The notes: generated by a model not told the origin, from the sequence alone. A stretch of DNA of 64,000 bases from Candidatus Bathyarchaeota archaeon (GCA_963733055.1 CAVTBR010000001.1:704001-768000), one strand, 5' to 3'. Shown: positions 10,544-19,623, numbered from the stretch's first letter. Numbers and translations are program-made.

Positions 10544-11512
10544 TTAAATTGGAGCTAAACGCTTAATGATTCGTTCCAAGAACGCGGTTCGTTCTTCCAA
10601 CTGTTCTATAGCCGCTTTCTGTTCCCCTATCTGTGCCTGCTGTTCATTATTCGTGGTCGTTAGTTCCTTTATCGCTTGCACTGCGACAGCTAGTATCGCC
10701 AGATGGTCGTAGCCTTCAGCGTAGCCCGGTTCTGCTCGGTCCCAGTCTACGACGGTTGGTAGAACTTTCCCTACTTCTTCAGCTATGAAGCCCATTGTCT
10801 TCTTAGCAGGGGTTTCTTTGCGGTTGTAGGCGACCGGGTGAAGTTGCTTAAGCATCTCAACTCCAGCCGTTAAGGGTTCAATGTTCTCCTTCCAGCGCAC
10901 AGATGAACCCGAGATCCATGCACCTGTCCCATCGCAGTATGCTCCACCATTAAGGTGAATCAGGTGCGAAGGATGAGCCGTACCAACACCGATGTTCCCT
11001 TTCGAATCGATTAACAGTCTTATGGTTCCCGGCGGATTCTCGAGGTAGAACTGCCCTGCCGTTAGCCCGAAACCGTTGTTGGTTCCTCCTACAGCCACGC
11101 GCCATCTCACGTTGTCTCCAGAAAGCCAGTCTACAAGCGCAGTCCTGTCCCGATCTATGCGTGCGACGTTCTTGAACTGTGCAACAAGGTAGCCGCCAAA
11201 GGCCTCTGCGCTGAGAGCGTATTCATTCCCTTCGTCGTTGGTAGCTCGAACACCTATGCCTGAGGAGGAATCACCCTCGACACCAATCCCGCTCTTTGAA
11301 GCGCCATTTACGCCTACGCGGGAATCCGACCAACCTTGGACACCGGTGTTGTCCGAGGAATTACCATAGACGCCCGCCCCGCCTGACGAGTTGCCATAGA
11401 CACCATAACCCAAATCTGAATCACCTTCGACAGCTGTTAAACCTGAGGTACTGGTTGCGCGGAGAACCGGACTCTTTGCGTCAGAGTATGAGGCAGTGGT
11501 CAAACTCATCAC
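10544..11512 (-). CDS. Tail-fibre-like protein with C-terminal intramolecular chaperone (peptidase S74-type) and coiled coil
   Basis: GVxGxS repeats, GNIGVGT, SSVRWKENIEPL, MGFIAEEV..VLPTVV, AVQAIKEL, then a heptad coil. Confidence 0.85.
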   Translation of the reverse strand: MMSLTTASYSDAKSPVLRATSTSGLTAVEGDSDLGYGVYGNSSGGAGVYGNSSDNTGVQGWSDSRVGVNGASKSGIGVEGDSSSGIGVRATNDEGNEYALSAEAFGGYLVAQFKNVARIDRDRTALVDWLSGDNVRWRVAVGGTNNGFGLTAGQFYLENPPGTIRLLIDSKGNIGVGTAHPSHLIHLNGGAYCDGTGAWISGSSVRWKENIEPLTAGVEMLKQLHPVAYNRKETPAKKTMGFIAEEVGKVLPTVVDWDRAEPGYAEGYDHLAILAVAVQAIKELTTTNNEQQAQIGEQKAAIEQLEERTAFLERIIKRLAPI

Positions 11513-11513
11513 G

Positions 11514-11627
11514 TAAGATTCGTATGACGAAGTCTTAATTCTTCCGGAAGTCCAACAAGTCTCTTCGAATACCGAAGTAATGCTTACTTCAGAGTTGACG
11601 AATTCTACCTGACCTTCTAAAGAAGGT
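11514..11627. promoter_or_regulatory. Dense array of short inverted repeats upstream of the S74 gene
   Basis: TAAGATTCGT/ACGAAGTCTTA; CTTCCGGAAG; CTTCG/CGAAG; GAAGTAA/TTACTTC; AGAGTT/AATTCT; ACCTTCT/AGAAGGT, almost back to back. Confidence 0.45.
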
Positions 11628-11642
11628 TAAAGCGAAGATGGT

Positions 11643-12227
11643 TTAGAGGATGAACGGAATCAATCGCTTCGTTCGCTTCAAGTATTGCAGGTATTCGTCT
11701 CCAAGTTCTCCAATGAGCAGCTTTTCTTCCACTTTAATTCGGTAGGTAAAGGCAAGGGTGAACAGAACGGCGAGAACGAGGACACCCGCCAAAGATCGAA
11801 GCGCGAATCCTAACCCAATAATGGTCAGCATGGTACCAGTGTATGCGGGATGACGCACGACGCTGTAGGGACCGTTTTGTACGACCTTGTGGTCTTCACG
11901 AACTCGAACGCTGTAGGAGAAATACCTTCTCAGCGTCACAACCGCCCATTCTCGGACAAAGATTCCTAGCAGCATCATTACGATGCCGAGGTAGAACACC
12001 CAGCCAGTTAGAATCCATACTCGAGTCTGGGCGAAATAGAAGGCGATTGTGATGGAGATGAAGATGCTTCCGTATATTATCAAAAGTGAGCCCCTGTCCC
12101 GTCTAACCCTTGTCCCGCTCTGACCACTCCGAAGGATGATAATTCGTTCCAATATGAGACTGAGTATCCAGCCGGCGTAGACCACGTAGAAGGCTGCTTG
12201 ATCGAGTTGCGATGCGAACGGGGACAT
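11643..12227 (-). CDS. Isoprenylcysteine carboxyl methyltransferase-family membrane protein
   Basis: HKVVQNGPYSVVRHPAYTG, RIKVEEKLL, Y.QY.KRTKRLIPFI. The ATG at 12227 is the more likely start. Confidence 0.88.
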   Translation of the reverse strand: MSPFASQLDQAAFYVVYAGWILSLILERIIILRSGQSGTRVRRDRGSLLIIYGSIFISITIAFYFAQTRVWILTGWVFYLGIVMMLLGIFVREWAVVTLRRYFSYSVRVREDHKVVQNGPYSVVRHPAYTGTMLTIIGLGFALRSLAGVLVLAVLFTLAFTYRIKVEEKLLIGELGDEYLQYLKRTKRLIPFIL

Positions 12228-12330
12228 CTGAGCCTGAGCCCTGCTCCCCTTGTCGATCCCTCCTTCATAATGCCTAGCGAAGGCAAGTATCACTCTCTAG
12301 AAAGGATCTAGGCATGGAAGTTTGTTCCCC

Positions 12331-12556
12331 CAGGAACAAATTCAGTTTCCGAGCCGCCTCGAACACGGGGCTGCTGGGGTAGGGGTTTCGAGAAGGCGTG
12401 TGTGTGATACACGGTGAATTACACCAATCTTTTTCCCGGCACAATGGGGCGGCGACAGCCTGATTTGTGCACATCCTAGGAACCCTCTACCCCAAGTCCA
12501 CGTATTCTCACGTACTGCGGGTGAACTTGGACACAGTTGAACTGAACTGGGTCCTG
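12331..12556 (+). ncRNA. Candidate structured non-coding RNA (or MITE-like element), no family recognised
   Basis: Nested helices read by eye: 12331-47/12540-56 (14 of 17 pairs), 12356-61/12366-71, 12375-89/12479-94, 12390-96/12429-35, 12397-403/12407-13, 12439-44/12465-70. Several G-U pairs form only on the + strand. Confidence 0.55.
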
Positions 12557-12582
12557 GTTCGTTCCTTCGTTCTGTTCCTGAG

Positions 12583-12960
12583 TTAGAGGTATTTTCTGAT
12601 CTGGGTCTCGAGTTCTTCTGGGCTGACGATGTGGACATTGGACCCTACGTCGCCTAGAAGTTTGCGTGCTTTCTGGCGAAGCTGGGATGGGGCAATCAGT
12701 AGGACCGGTATGTTGTGTGTTTTGCAGGCAACGAGCATGTTGTTCAGCATGAGCTCGAACATAGCCGTACGCTCTTGTTCGGCGGGTATAATCTTGTGGA
12801 GGTATCCAACAACTACGTCCACCTCCCCTTTGCCCAAGTGATTAACGGGTTTCCCGTGTGCGTCCCACGTGTTTGCTATGGGAAGTGTTTCAATTCCTTC
12901 AACAGCGAGCGTGGCCAAGAGAAGAGGGTCAGTTCCCTCGAAATATCCCACCCTACCCAT
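12583..12960 (-). CDS. Conserved hypothetical small alpha/beta protein (VGYFEGTD...VVGYLHK family)
   Basis: Clean 125-aa ORF with alternating beta/alpha pattern; function unknown. Confidence 0.8.
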   Translation of the reverse strand: MGRVGYFEGTDPLLLATLAVEGIETLPIANTWDAHGKPVNHLGKGEVDVVVGYLHKIIPAEQERTAMFELMLNNMLVACKTHNIPVLLIAPSQLRQKARKLLGDVGSNVHIVSPEELETQIRKYL

Positions 12961-13094
12961 ATTTTCAACTTCTAATGAAACCGACCGTTAAGTTCGGACT
13001 GCTTCAACTAATGAACATAACGTACCCCTGAGCCTTTGAAGTCAAGGTTTTCATGAACGATCTGAATGATGCTGACACCTAAGGAGATCGGACT

Positions 13095-13934
13095 TTGAAA
13101 TCTCAGGTTGAGAAAGCTGAGGAATTCCGCTCGCTTCACCACACGAAACGCCTGCTTGTCCTTCCGAATGCTTGGGATGTCCCGAGCGCTAGAGTATTCG
13201 AAGACGCCGGTTTCCCCGCCATCGCAACATCAAGCGCAGCCCTATCAGTGTCTCTCGGCTATCCTGATGGGGAAAAAATAGACAAAGACGAACTATTTGC
13301 GGTGGTAAGGAAGATCGCGGGCATTCTCACAATACCCCTCAGCGCGGACATAGAGGCGGGATTCGGTGCCAGCATAGAGCAGCTCTCCGACACTATTCGT
13401 CGAGTAATCGAATCCGGTGCGATAGGCGTAAACGTCGAGGACATATCTGACTTCGAAAAGAAATCTCTCGTTCCGATCGAGAAGCAGGTTGAGAGGCTTA
13501 AGGCCGTCAGGAGAATTGCGGATTCTATGGGCGTTCCTCTCGTGATAAACGCACGCACCGATGCCTACCGGTTTGGCGCTGGGGACGAGAAGTCTAAGCT
13601 TGAGGAGACGATTCGAAGGGAGAAAGCCTACGAAGCGGCAGGTGCAGACTGCCTGTACCCGATGGGGTTGACAGACAAAGAAACCATCGCTACTTTCGTC
13701 AAGGCTGTAAACAAACCGGTGAATATTATGGCGCGCAAAGGGGCACCCACAATTTCTGAGTTAGAGAAGATCGGCGTCAAACGACTCAGCCTCGGGCCGG
13801 GGCCAATGTATGCCTCCGTAGGCCTCTTGAGAAGGATTGCGCAAGAATTGAAGCAGAACGAATCTTACGAGAGTTTGCTTGCTGGTGCGATTACCTTTGA
13901 CGAGTTAAACGCCCTCGCCAAGCCTAAACCCTAA
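13095..13934 (+). CDS. Isocitrate lyase/PEP mutase family protein
   Basis: LPNAWDVPSAR, ATSSAA..SLGYPDGE, ADIEAGFG, INARTD, AGADCLY. Confidence 0.9.
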   Translation: MKSQVEKAEEFRSLHHTKRLLVLPNAWDVPSARVFEDAGFPAIATSSAALSVSLGYPDGEKIDKDELFAVVRKIAGILTIPLSADIEAGFGASIEQLSDTIRRVIESGAIGVNVEDISDFEKKSLVPIEKQVERLKAVRRIADSMGVPLVINARTDAYRFGAGDEKSKLEETIRREKAYEAAGADCLYPMGLTDKETIATFVKAVNKPVNIMARKGAPTISELEKIGVKRLSLGPGPMYASVGLLRRIAQELKQNESYESLLAGAITFDELNALAKPKP

Positions 13935-13944
13935 TTGGAGCACC

Positions 13945-14166
13945 TCAACCCGCATGCTTGCCATTTTGAGCAGTTACTCCGTAGAGCAGAAGGAGTGCGG
14001 CTAGGAGGATTAAGGGGATCGCGATCAACAGGTTCGGGTAGATTGTCACGTCGCGTGTTGGGTTCTGTAACGTTACAACGAGTGGAATAGGAGCCGCAAC
14101 CAAAACGACAGCTAGAACCACTACCCCGAGCAAAAGCCCAAGTCTATTCAACGCACCATACCTCAA
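13945..14166 (-). CDS. Small two-helix membrane protein
   Basis: 73 aa with two long hydrophobic segments. Confidence 0.65.
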   Translation of the reverse strand: MRYGALNRLGLLLGVVVLAVVLVAAPIPLVVTLQNPTRDVTIYPNLLIAIPLILLAALLLLYGVTAQNGKHAG

Positions 14167-14239
14167 TACTCTCTAGTCGCGAGCGTCGATAAACTATAAG
14201 CGTAGGAAGATAATTCTTCCCTAAGAGCAGTTAGCCTTG

Positions 14240-14350
14240 ATGTCTAGGTTCGAGAAAGAAGGCCAGCGTCTTGCTTGCGATAAGTGCGGTTTCGAAGCGA
14301 ACAGTCAAGAAATCTTCGCCCTCCATAAGAAAAACTGCCCTAGAATCTAG
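14240..14350 (+). CDS. 36-aa C2HC zinc-finger microprotein
   Basis: MSRFEKEGQRLACDKCGFEANSQEIFALHKKNCPRI (CxxC-x12-H-x3-C); below the ORF-track cutoff. Confidence 0.65.
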   Translation: MSRFEKEGQRLACDKCGFEANSQEIFALHKKNCPRI

Positions 14351-14414
14351 AAATCAGACTCAATCTAACCCGATATAGATTCAAGGCACATACAGAAAAC
14401 AGGCGTATGCTTTC

Positions 14415-14675
14415 ATGGTCACAACTGTGGAAGGGTTTTCTTTCAGCGAATTCTGCCTAAAGTGCCAGAAAGTTACGGAACACAGAGTCGAAGTTGAGGG
14501 TAAGGACTTCTTCGGAGCCTGCTCTTCATGCGGCCAAAGTCGAATAATGACCGGTTTGAACCAGGTCTATTACCCGAAAACAGAGCTATGGGTCACTCGG
14601 TTCAAGATCGGAAACCTAGCGGGCGTCGTGACTGGAAAGCTCCTAGACGCCGCCAAACACGTGAGCAGGAATTGA
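14415..14675 (+). CDS. Small zinc-ribbon protein
   Basis: CLKC...TEH...CSSCG pair. Confidence 0.7.
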   Translation: MVTTVEGFSFSEFCLKCQKVTEHRVEVEGKDFFGACSSCGQSRIMTGLNQVYYPKTELWVTRFKIGNLAGVVTGKLLDAAKHVSRN

Positions 14676-15070
14676 AGATCGGAAAGTAAACCATGAGGAT
14701 GATAAGAGATTCAAACCGACATTACGCGTAAGTGAGCACGTATTTCCCCGCAAATTGCAGCAAAAGGATCACTGCTAACGTCGCGAAAACACTCACAGCC
14801 GATGAAACGTTTCCGAAAATTTTCATTCGAAATTCGGAATCTATGAGCATTCGCTGAGATTATTCTCGCAAAAGAAAATTCTAGTTTAGGGATTCGCTGT
14901 AGCATTTCGGGCCTGCAAGGGAATGCGAACCGATTTTCGTGATGCTACGGAAAATTTAGGAAGAAAAAAATTTCTTGAAAATAATTTTTCGTCGAGGTAA
15001 CGCTTATATCTCAATTATTTAATCATAAGGAAAATAGGGATTTCTAACCGGAGGACCTTGAGTACAAACA

Positions 15071-15523
15071 ATGTCTCCTAGACCTTACGCTTACAGACAT
15101 GTTGTCGCAACACTCCATGGATGCCGCGCAGACATGCTCGACGACAAATTGATGCTCGACACAACCTTGAAAGCAATTCACGACGCCAACATGCACTTAG
15201 CCAAAACCAAGACCTCGAACCCACTCGTCTACCGAGTCGGAGACGACATCATGGGTGGAGGAGTAAGCGTAAACGCGTTGATTACAACCAGCCACCTCAC
15301 CGTCCACACGTCCAGAAAATTCCGAACGGTGGAGTTCGACTGCGCCACATGTGGGTGTGACAGTAACCCGTGGGCGTCTCTGGACACGTTTAGGCAAGCA
15401 TTGGGGCCGACGCACGTGACTATGCAGTACCAACACGGAGAACGCCCGTTGCTAACCCTTCCTCCAATTCCGGCGATTTCGCGGCCAAGGCGAAGTAAGC
15501 AGGAAGCTGCGCTTAGCTACTAG
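15071..15523 (+). CDS. Divergent pyruvoyl-dependent AdoMet/arginine decarboxylase (SpeD/SpeH fold) homologue
   Basis: RHVVATLHGC, GGVSVNALITTSHLTVHT, DCATCG; upstream TTATAT and GGAGG. Confidence 0.75.
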   Translation: MSPRPYAYRHVVATLHGCRADMLDDKLMLDTTLKAIHDANMHLAKTKTSNPLVYRVGDDIMGGGVSVNALITTSHLTVHTSRKFRTVEFDCATCGCDSNPWASLDTFRQALGPTHVTMQYQHGERPLLTLPPIPAISRPRRSKQEAALSY

Positions 15524-15944
15524 GCCCTTTTTCCTCGTCCTCGGCTACTGCTAACTCTAGTTTTCTTACAGAATTCCCTATTTCGTCAAGCAATGCTTGG
15601 TCTACTTGCGGCTCAAGGCTCAGGATCAGTAGGTGCGCAGCCGTTCGATAGAGCGCCAAGAACACCTTATCATAACGAACCGTTAAACGCCTCATTGCTC
15701 CGCAGAACGGCCGCAGCTTTTCTGCCGAATCGACCATCAACGGCGCGGCCATTCTTATGAAATCGCGGTCAGTTTGAGCTGGAGTAAGAGAGGAAACCCC
15801 TTCCCGCATCTTTGATTCGAGCAGATCATATCGAGGGTTCAGGATTGCAACGTATCTGATCCGCTTGTCAAGTTTGAAGACGTTTTCAGTTATTCCCTTG
15901 ATGTCAACCAAGCCATTTCGCATCTGATTGTTTATCCGTTTCAT
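15513..15944 (-). CDS. Roadblock/profilin-like small protein of the Thaumarchaeota-enriched type (DUF6659-like)
   Basis: LDKRIRYVAIL...MREGVSSL...VRYDKV...LSLEP pattern. Confidence 0.7.
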   Translation of the reverse strand: MKRINNQMRNGLVDIKGITENVFKLDKRIRYVAILNPRYDLLESKMREGVSSLTPAQTDRDFIRMAAPLMVDSAEKLRPFCGAMRRLTVRYDKVFLALYRTAAHLLILSLEPQVDQALLDEIGNSVRKLELAVAEDEEKGPSS

Positions 15945-16031
15945 ATATGAACTTCAACCGCCAACCCAGATTACCTGGCGTAAACGCTTAATTCAAAGCA
16001 GCCTTGGAAGGCGCATAGAAGCGTTCGAACA

Positions 16032-16550
16032 TTGCTCGACTCAACCAAGATAAGACGTGAGATAGGAAGACAATACGAAAAAGACCCCCAAGGGTGGCGG
16101 GTTTTAGTAGGAAAAGATGGGTCGGGCTTCTACGACGCCCTGATCTCACACGGAAACGAAGCTTGGCAAGTAAAAGAGTACCAGGTCAACCCGTACAAGT
16201 TCGTAGGCCTCGGTTCACGACTCCCAAGCCTAAGCTCCAGTCCGCTGATACCTCAGGAACACCCATTCGGCCTTAGGGCGATCGGGTTAGACCAAATTAA
16301 GGAAATGGCGTCCATAATCGATGATCCCAAGACCATGAATGAATTCGCGGCCAAACTTCTCAGTCGAAGCCCAGTAAGCGCTAGCGAGGCAGTAGAAAGC
16401 CCAGCCATCTTACAGGGCCCAATACTTCAGTCCCCAAGGCCCTTAGAGGCCCTCTCCTCTGCTCACACAGTATTAGACGACAAACTAAGGAAAGAGCTGC
16501 AGAACCTTATCCGCAGAGACTACCGCCACACGCTCACCCCATACATTTGA
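16032..16550 (+). CDS. Conserved hypothetical archaeal protein
   Basis: 172-aa intact ORF with upstream TTAATT; DPQGWRVLVG and PFGLR motifs. Confidence 0.75.
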   Translation: MLDSTKIRREIGRQYEKDPQGWRVLVGKDGSGFYDALISHGNEAWQVKEYQVNPYKFVGLGSRLPSLSSSPLIPQEHPFGLRAIGLDQIKEMASIIDDPKTMNEFAAKLLSRSPVSASEAVESPAILQGPILQSPRPLEALSSAHTVLDDKLRKELQNLIRRDYRHTLTPYI

Positions 16551-16632
16551 CGAGATTCCCACCGCGAGATCCTGCCAATTGGCGGAAAGTTACGAGTTGA
16601 GATAGTTCAGGAATCCCCTACGATGAGTACGG

Positions 16633-18405
16633 TTGGTTGAAGTTCGGAAGACTGCTGAAGAAAGAGAAGAAGCAAGAATCGGGCTTCTCACTCTCATTGC
16701 AGGCATAATCGGCTTTGCGGCCGGAATAATCGCTTTCATACTATACCACCTTATCGGATTTCTCACGAACCTCTTCTTCTACCAAAGACTTGACTTCTCG
16801 TTCGTATCTCCTCAATACAACCACCTAGGCCCGTTAGTTGTACTGATTCCTGCATTCGGCGGCCTGATCGCGGGATTGATGATAAAATATGGGTCAACTA
16901 GAATAATCGGCCATGGAATTCCTGAAGCTATCGAATCCGTCCTACTTGGAAAGAGCAAGATCGAACCAAAAGTTGGAGTGCTGAAAGCTCTATCGGCTGC
17001 GTTCACGATAGGCTCAGGCCAACCGTTCGGCGCTGAAGGTCCTATAATTCAAACCGGCGGTTCATTCGGCTCCCTGATTGGCCAGCTCATAAGCGTAACC
17101 GGGTCAGAAAGAAGAATCCTCTTGTCGTGCGGTGCTGCCGCGGGAATGGCGGCTACATTCGGCACCCCGATCTCAGCCGTCTTCCTGGTAATCGAACTCT
17201 TACTCTTCGAGTTCAGAGTGAAATCGTTGGTGCCGGTCGCTATTGCATCCGCCATCGGTGCGTGGATGCATATCTATCTAATCTCCCCCAAACCTCTCTT
17301 CTCAACACCAGTCTACAGTTTCGGCGGCCTCAACACACTCCCATTCTATGTCCTCCTGGGTCTTCTATCCGGCATAACGGGAACGATACTTTCTCGCGGG
17401 TTGTACAAAACTGAGGACCTATTCCGAAAGCTACCCCTCGGACAACCATGGCTCCCAATGCTTGGCGGCATAGCTGTGGGTGTGATTGGATTTTTGGTGC
17501 CGCAGATTCTTGGGGTTGGCTACGACGTGATTAACTCCCTTATTGACTCGAAGATCGCTTTAGAGTTGGCAGTTCTAATTCTGATTGCCAAAGCCGTGGC
17601 TTGGGTGCTGTCCATGGGTTCTCAAACCTCAGGGGGAACTTTGGCCCCGCTCTTCATGATAGGGAGTGCATTGGGACTCGTCTTCGGCACGGGAGTAGTA
17701 GCCTTGTTTCCAGGGCTCGGGGTTGTCCCAGGTGTATTCGCGATTGCGGCGATGGCCGCAGTTTTCGGAACGGCATCAAGGGCTCCTTTCGCATCCATAG
17801 TCTTCGCCTTGGAGGTTACGCAAGCCTACCAAGGAGTTCTACCTGTCATAGTAACGGTAGTGATCGCAGAACTAGTTGGAGAATACCTGATGGCAGACTC
17901 AATCATGACTGAGAAACTGGCGAGAAGAGGTCTCAGGGTCAGGCACATTTACGAATTCAACCCCCTCAGGCAAACCCGGGTGAGAAGCATAATGTCACCA
18001 TTGATCACAGTTGACAGTAAGGAGCGCGTGATGGAAGTTTTCCGGTTCATGAATTTGCCAGACCATCAATTCGCGAAGAGAAAGAGGCTGGTGGTTCTCA
18101 AGGACGGAATCGCTGTCGGCACGGTTGATAGATCTCAACTGTTCTCTGAGGCTTCCAAAGCAGACCCTGAATTGAAGGTGGGACAGGTGGCTTCGAAATC
18201 GTTCCTAACTATTAGAGAGGATGAGTTTGGTTTCGAGGCGCTAAGGCTAATGACCCTGAACGATGTGCCTTTCCTAGTCGTCGTCAATAAGGACCACAAA
18301 GCCGTGGGCTACATCTCGCGCGGGGATTTGATCAGGGCTCAGAAAGAGAAAATCCGAGACGACACGATTATTGAGAATGGCATTTGGACACGGTTATTCA
18401 AGTAA
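16633..18405 (+). CDS. ClC chloride channel/antiporter with C-terminal CBS pair
   Basis: GHGIPE, GAEGPIIQ, GAAAGMAATFGTP, SGGTLAP, IMTEKLARRG, then CBS domains. Confidence 0.93.
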   Translation: MVEVRKTAEEREEARIGLLTLIAGIIGFAAGIIAFILYHLIGFLTNLFFYQRLDFSFVSPQYNHLGPLVVLIPAFGGLIAGLMIKYGSTRIIGHGIPEAIESVLLGKSKIEPKVGVLKALSAAFTIGSGQPFGAEGPIIQTGGSFGSLIGQLISVTGSERRILLSCGAAAGMAATFGTPISAVFLVIELLLFEFRVKSLVPVAIASAIGAWMHIYLISPKPLFSTPVYSFGGLNTLPFYVLLGLLSGITGTILSRGLYKTEDLFRKLPLGQPWLPMLGGIAVGVIGFLVPQILGVGYDVINSLIDSKIALELAVLILIAKAVAWVLSMGSQTSGGTLAPLFMIGSALGLVFGTGVVALFPGLGVVPGVFAIAAMAAVFGTASRAPFASIVFALEVTQAYQGVLPVIVTVVIAELVGEYLMADSIMTEKLARRGLRVRHIYEFNPLRQTRVRSIMSPLITVDSKERVMEVFRFMNLPDHQFAKRKRLVVLKDGIAVGTVDRSQLFSEASKADPELKVGQVASKSFLTIREDEFGFEALRLMTLNDVPFLVVVNKDHKAVGYISRGDLIRAQKEKIRDDTIIENGIWTRLFK

Positions 18406-18438
18406 TGGTCATGTTGAATGGTGTAAGGATATGAGAGT

Positions 18439-19623
18439 TTGAAAATCACTAACGCAGACGTTTACGAGCTAGGTGCCAAAACAACACCGGGCAGCGCGGC
18501 TTGGGCTGCAAACTCGATCATTCTGAAACTCACCACGTCCGACGGTATGGTTGGTTACGGGGAGGCTGTTCCGACTCTGAGAACCCAACCGGTCATTCAA
18601 GCATTGCATGAAGTTGCCCGAGTATACGTCGGTAGGGACCCAATGAAGGTCGAAGAAAATTGGCATGAATGGCATAAGCATGACTTTTACCTCCCCGTCT
18701 CATTCGAGTCAACAACAGCAGTCAGTGCTTTCGACATCGCATGCTGGGACATTATCGGAAAACACTTCGGCGCACCATTACACCAACTCCTAGGCGGCGC
18801 CATCCGACCTCGGATTCGATTGTATTCGAATGGCTGGTACAACGGATGCGTAACCCCCGAACAATTCGGCGACCGCGCAAAACAATACACCAAAATGGGT
18901 TACACCGCCCTGAAATTCGATCCTTTCGGAGACTATTATGATTGGATCGACGAGAGAGGCCTAAAGATTGCTTATGATCGAGTGAAAGCCGTCAAAGACG
19001 CAACCGCCAGCAAGGTCGATCTCCTCATCGAGCACCATGGCAGATTCAACCCCAATTCCGCAATCGCGATCGCCAAGAGACTGGCAGAATTCGACCCCTT
19101 CTTCATGGAGGAACCGATACATCCAGAAAACCTTGAAGGATTGAAGAAATACCGTGCCGCGACGAGTGTAAGGATCGCTGTCGGCGAAAGGATACTTACG
19201 AAGGAGCATGTGGCCACTCTTCTTTCAGGGAATTTGATAGACTTCCTCCAGCCTGACATTACGAATATTGGAGGAGTAACACAGTCAAAGAAGATCGCAG
19301 CGCTAGCCGAAGCCTACGGAGTGGAGATCGCCTTCCACAACGCCTTCGGCCCAATCCAAAACGCCGTAACCATTCAAGTCGACGCATCGATTCCGAACTT
19401 CCTCATACAGGAATCATTCTACGACGTCTTCCCACCATGGAAGAGGCAACTGGTCAGGGATGAACCCAAGGTTGAGAATGGACACTCTCCCGTTCCAACA
19501 AGGCCTGGCCTCGGCGTTGACGTAGATGAGAAATTCCTAGAGGAACACCGAACCGAAGGTCAGGAATTTTTCGACCCTGCAGAGCCCGTCTGGGTCGTGA
19601 AAGACACTTGGAAATCACCTTGA
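18439..19623 (+). CDS. gad: Enolase-superfamily acid-sugar dehydratase, gluconate/galactonate dehydratase-like
   Basis: LKFDPFG, IEHHGRF, MEEP, GER, HNAFGPIQNA; C-terminal EPVWVVKDTW as in crenarchaeal Gad. Confidence 0.8.
   Translation: MKITNADVYELGAKTTPGSAAWAANSIILKLTTSDGMVGYGEAVPTLRTQPVIQALHEVARVYVGRDPMKVEENWHEWHKHDFYLPVSFESTTAVSAFDIACWDIIGKHFGAPLHQLLGGAIRPRIRLYSNGWYNGCVTPEQFGDRAKQYTKMGYTALKFDPFGDYYDWIDERGLKIAYDRVKAVKDATASKVDLLIEHHGRFNPNSAIAIAKRLAEFDPFFMEEPIHPENLEGLKKYRAATSVRIAVGERILTKEHVATLLSGNLIDFLQPDITNIGGVTQSKKIAALAEAYGVEIAFHNAFGPIQNAVTIQVDASIPNFLIQESFYDVFPPWKRQLVRDEPKVENGHSPVPTRPGLGVDVDEKFLEEHRTEGQEFFDPAEPVWVVKDTWKSP

Noticed and set aside
5418-11512. Provirus interpretation of Ku, ligase, primase-polymerase and tail-fibre genes
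   Set aside because: No integrase, capsid, terminase or att repeats are visible. The genes match cellular LigD/Ku, and a metabolic gene intervenes.
12274-12638. Minus-strand ORFs 12274..12474 and 12342..12638 over the structured element
   Set aside because: Composition is not protein-like, there is no RBS, and one overlaps the real gene. The region is better explained as non-coding.
13008-13077. Possible C/D-box sRNA (several CTGA and a TGATG)
   Set aside because: No proper RUGAUGA box C at a suitable spacing.
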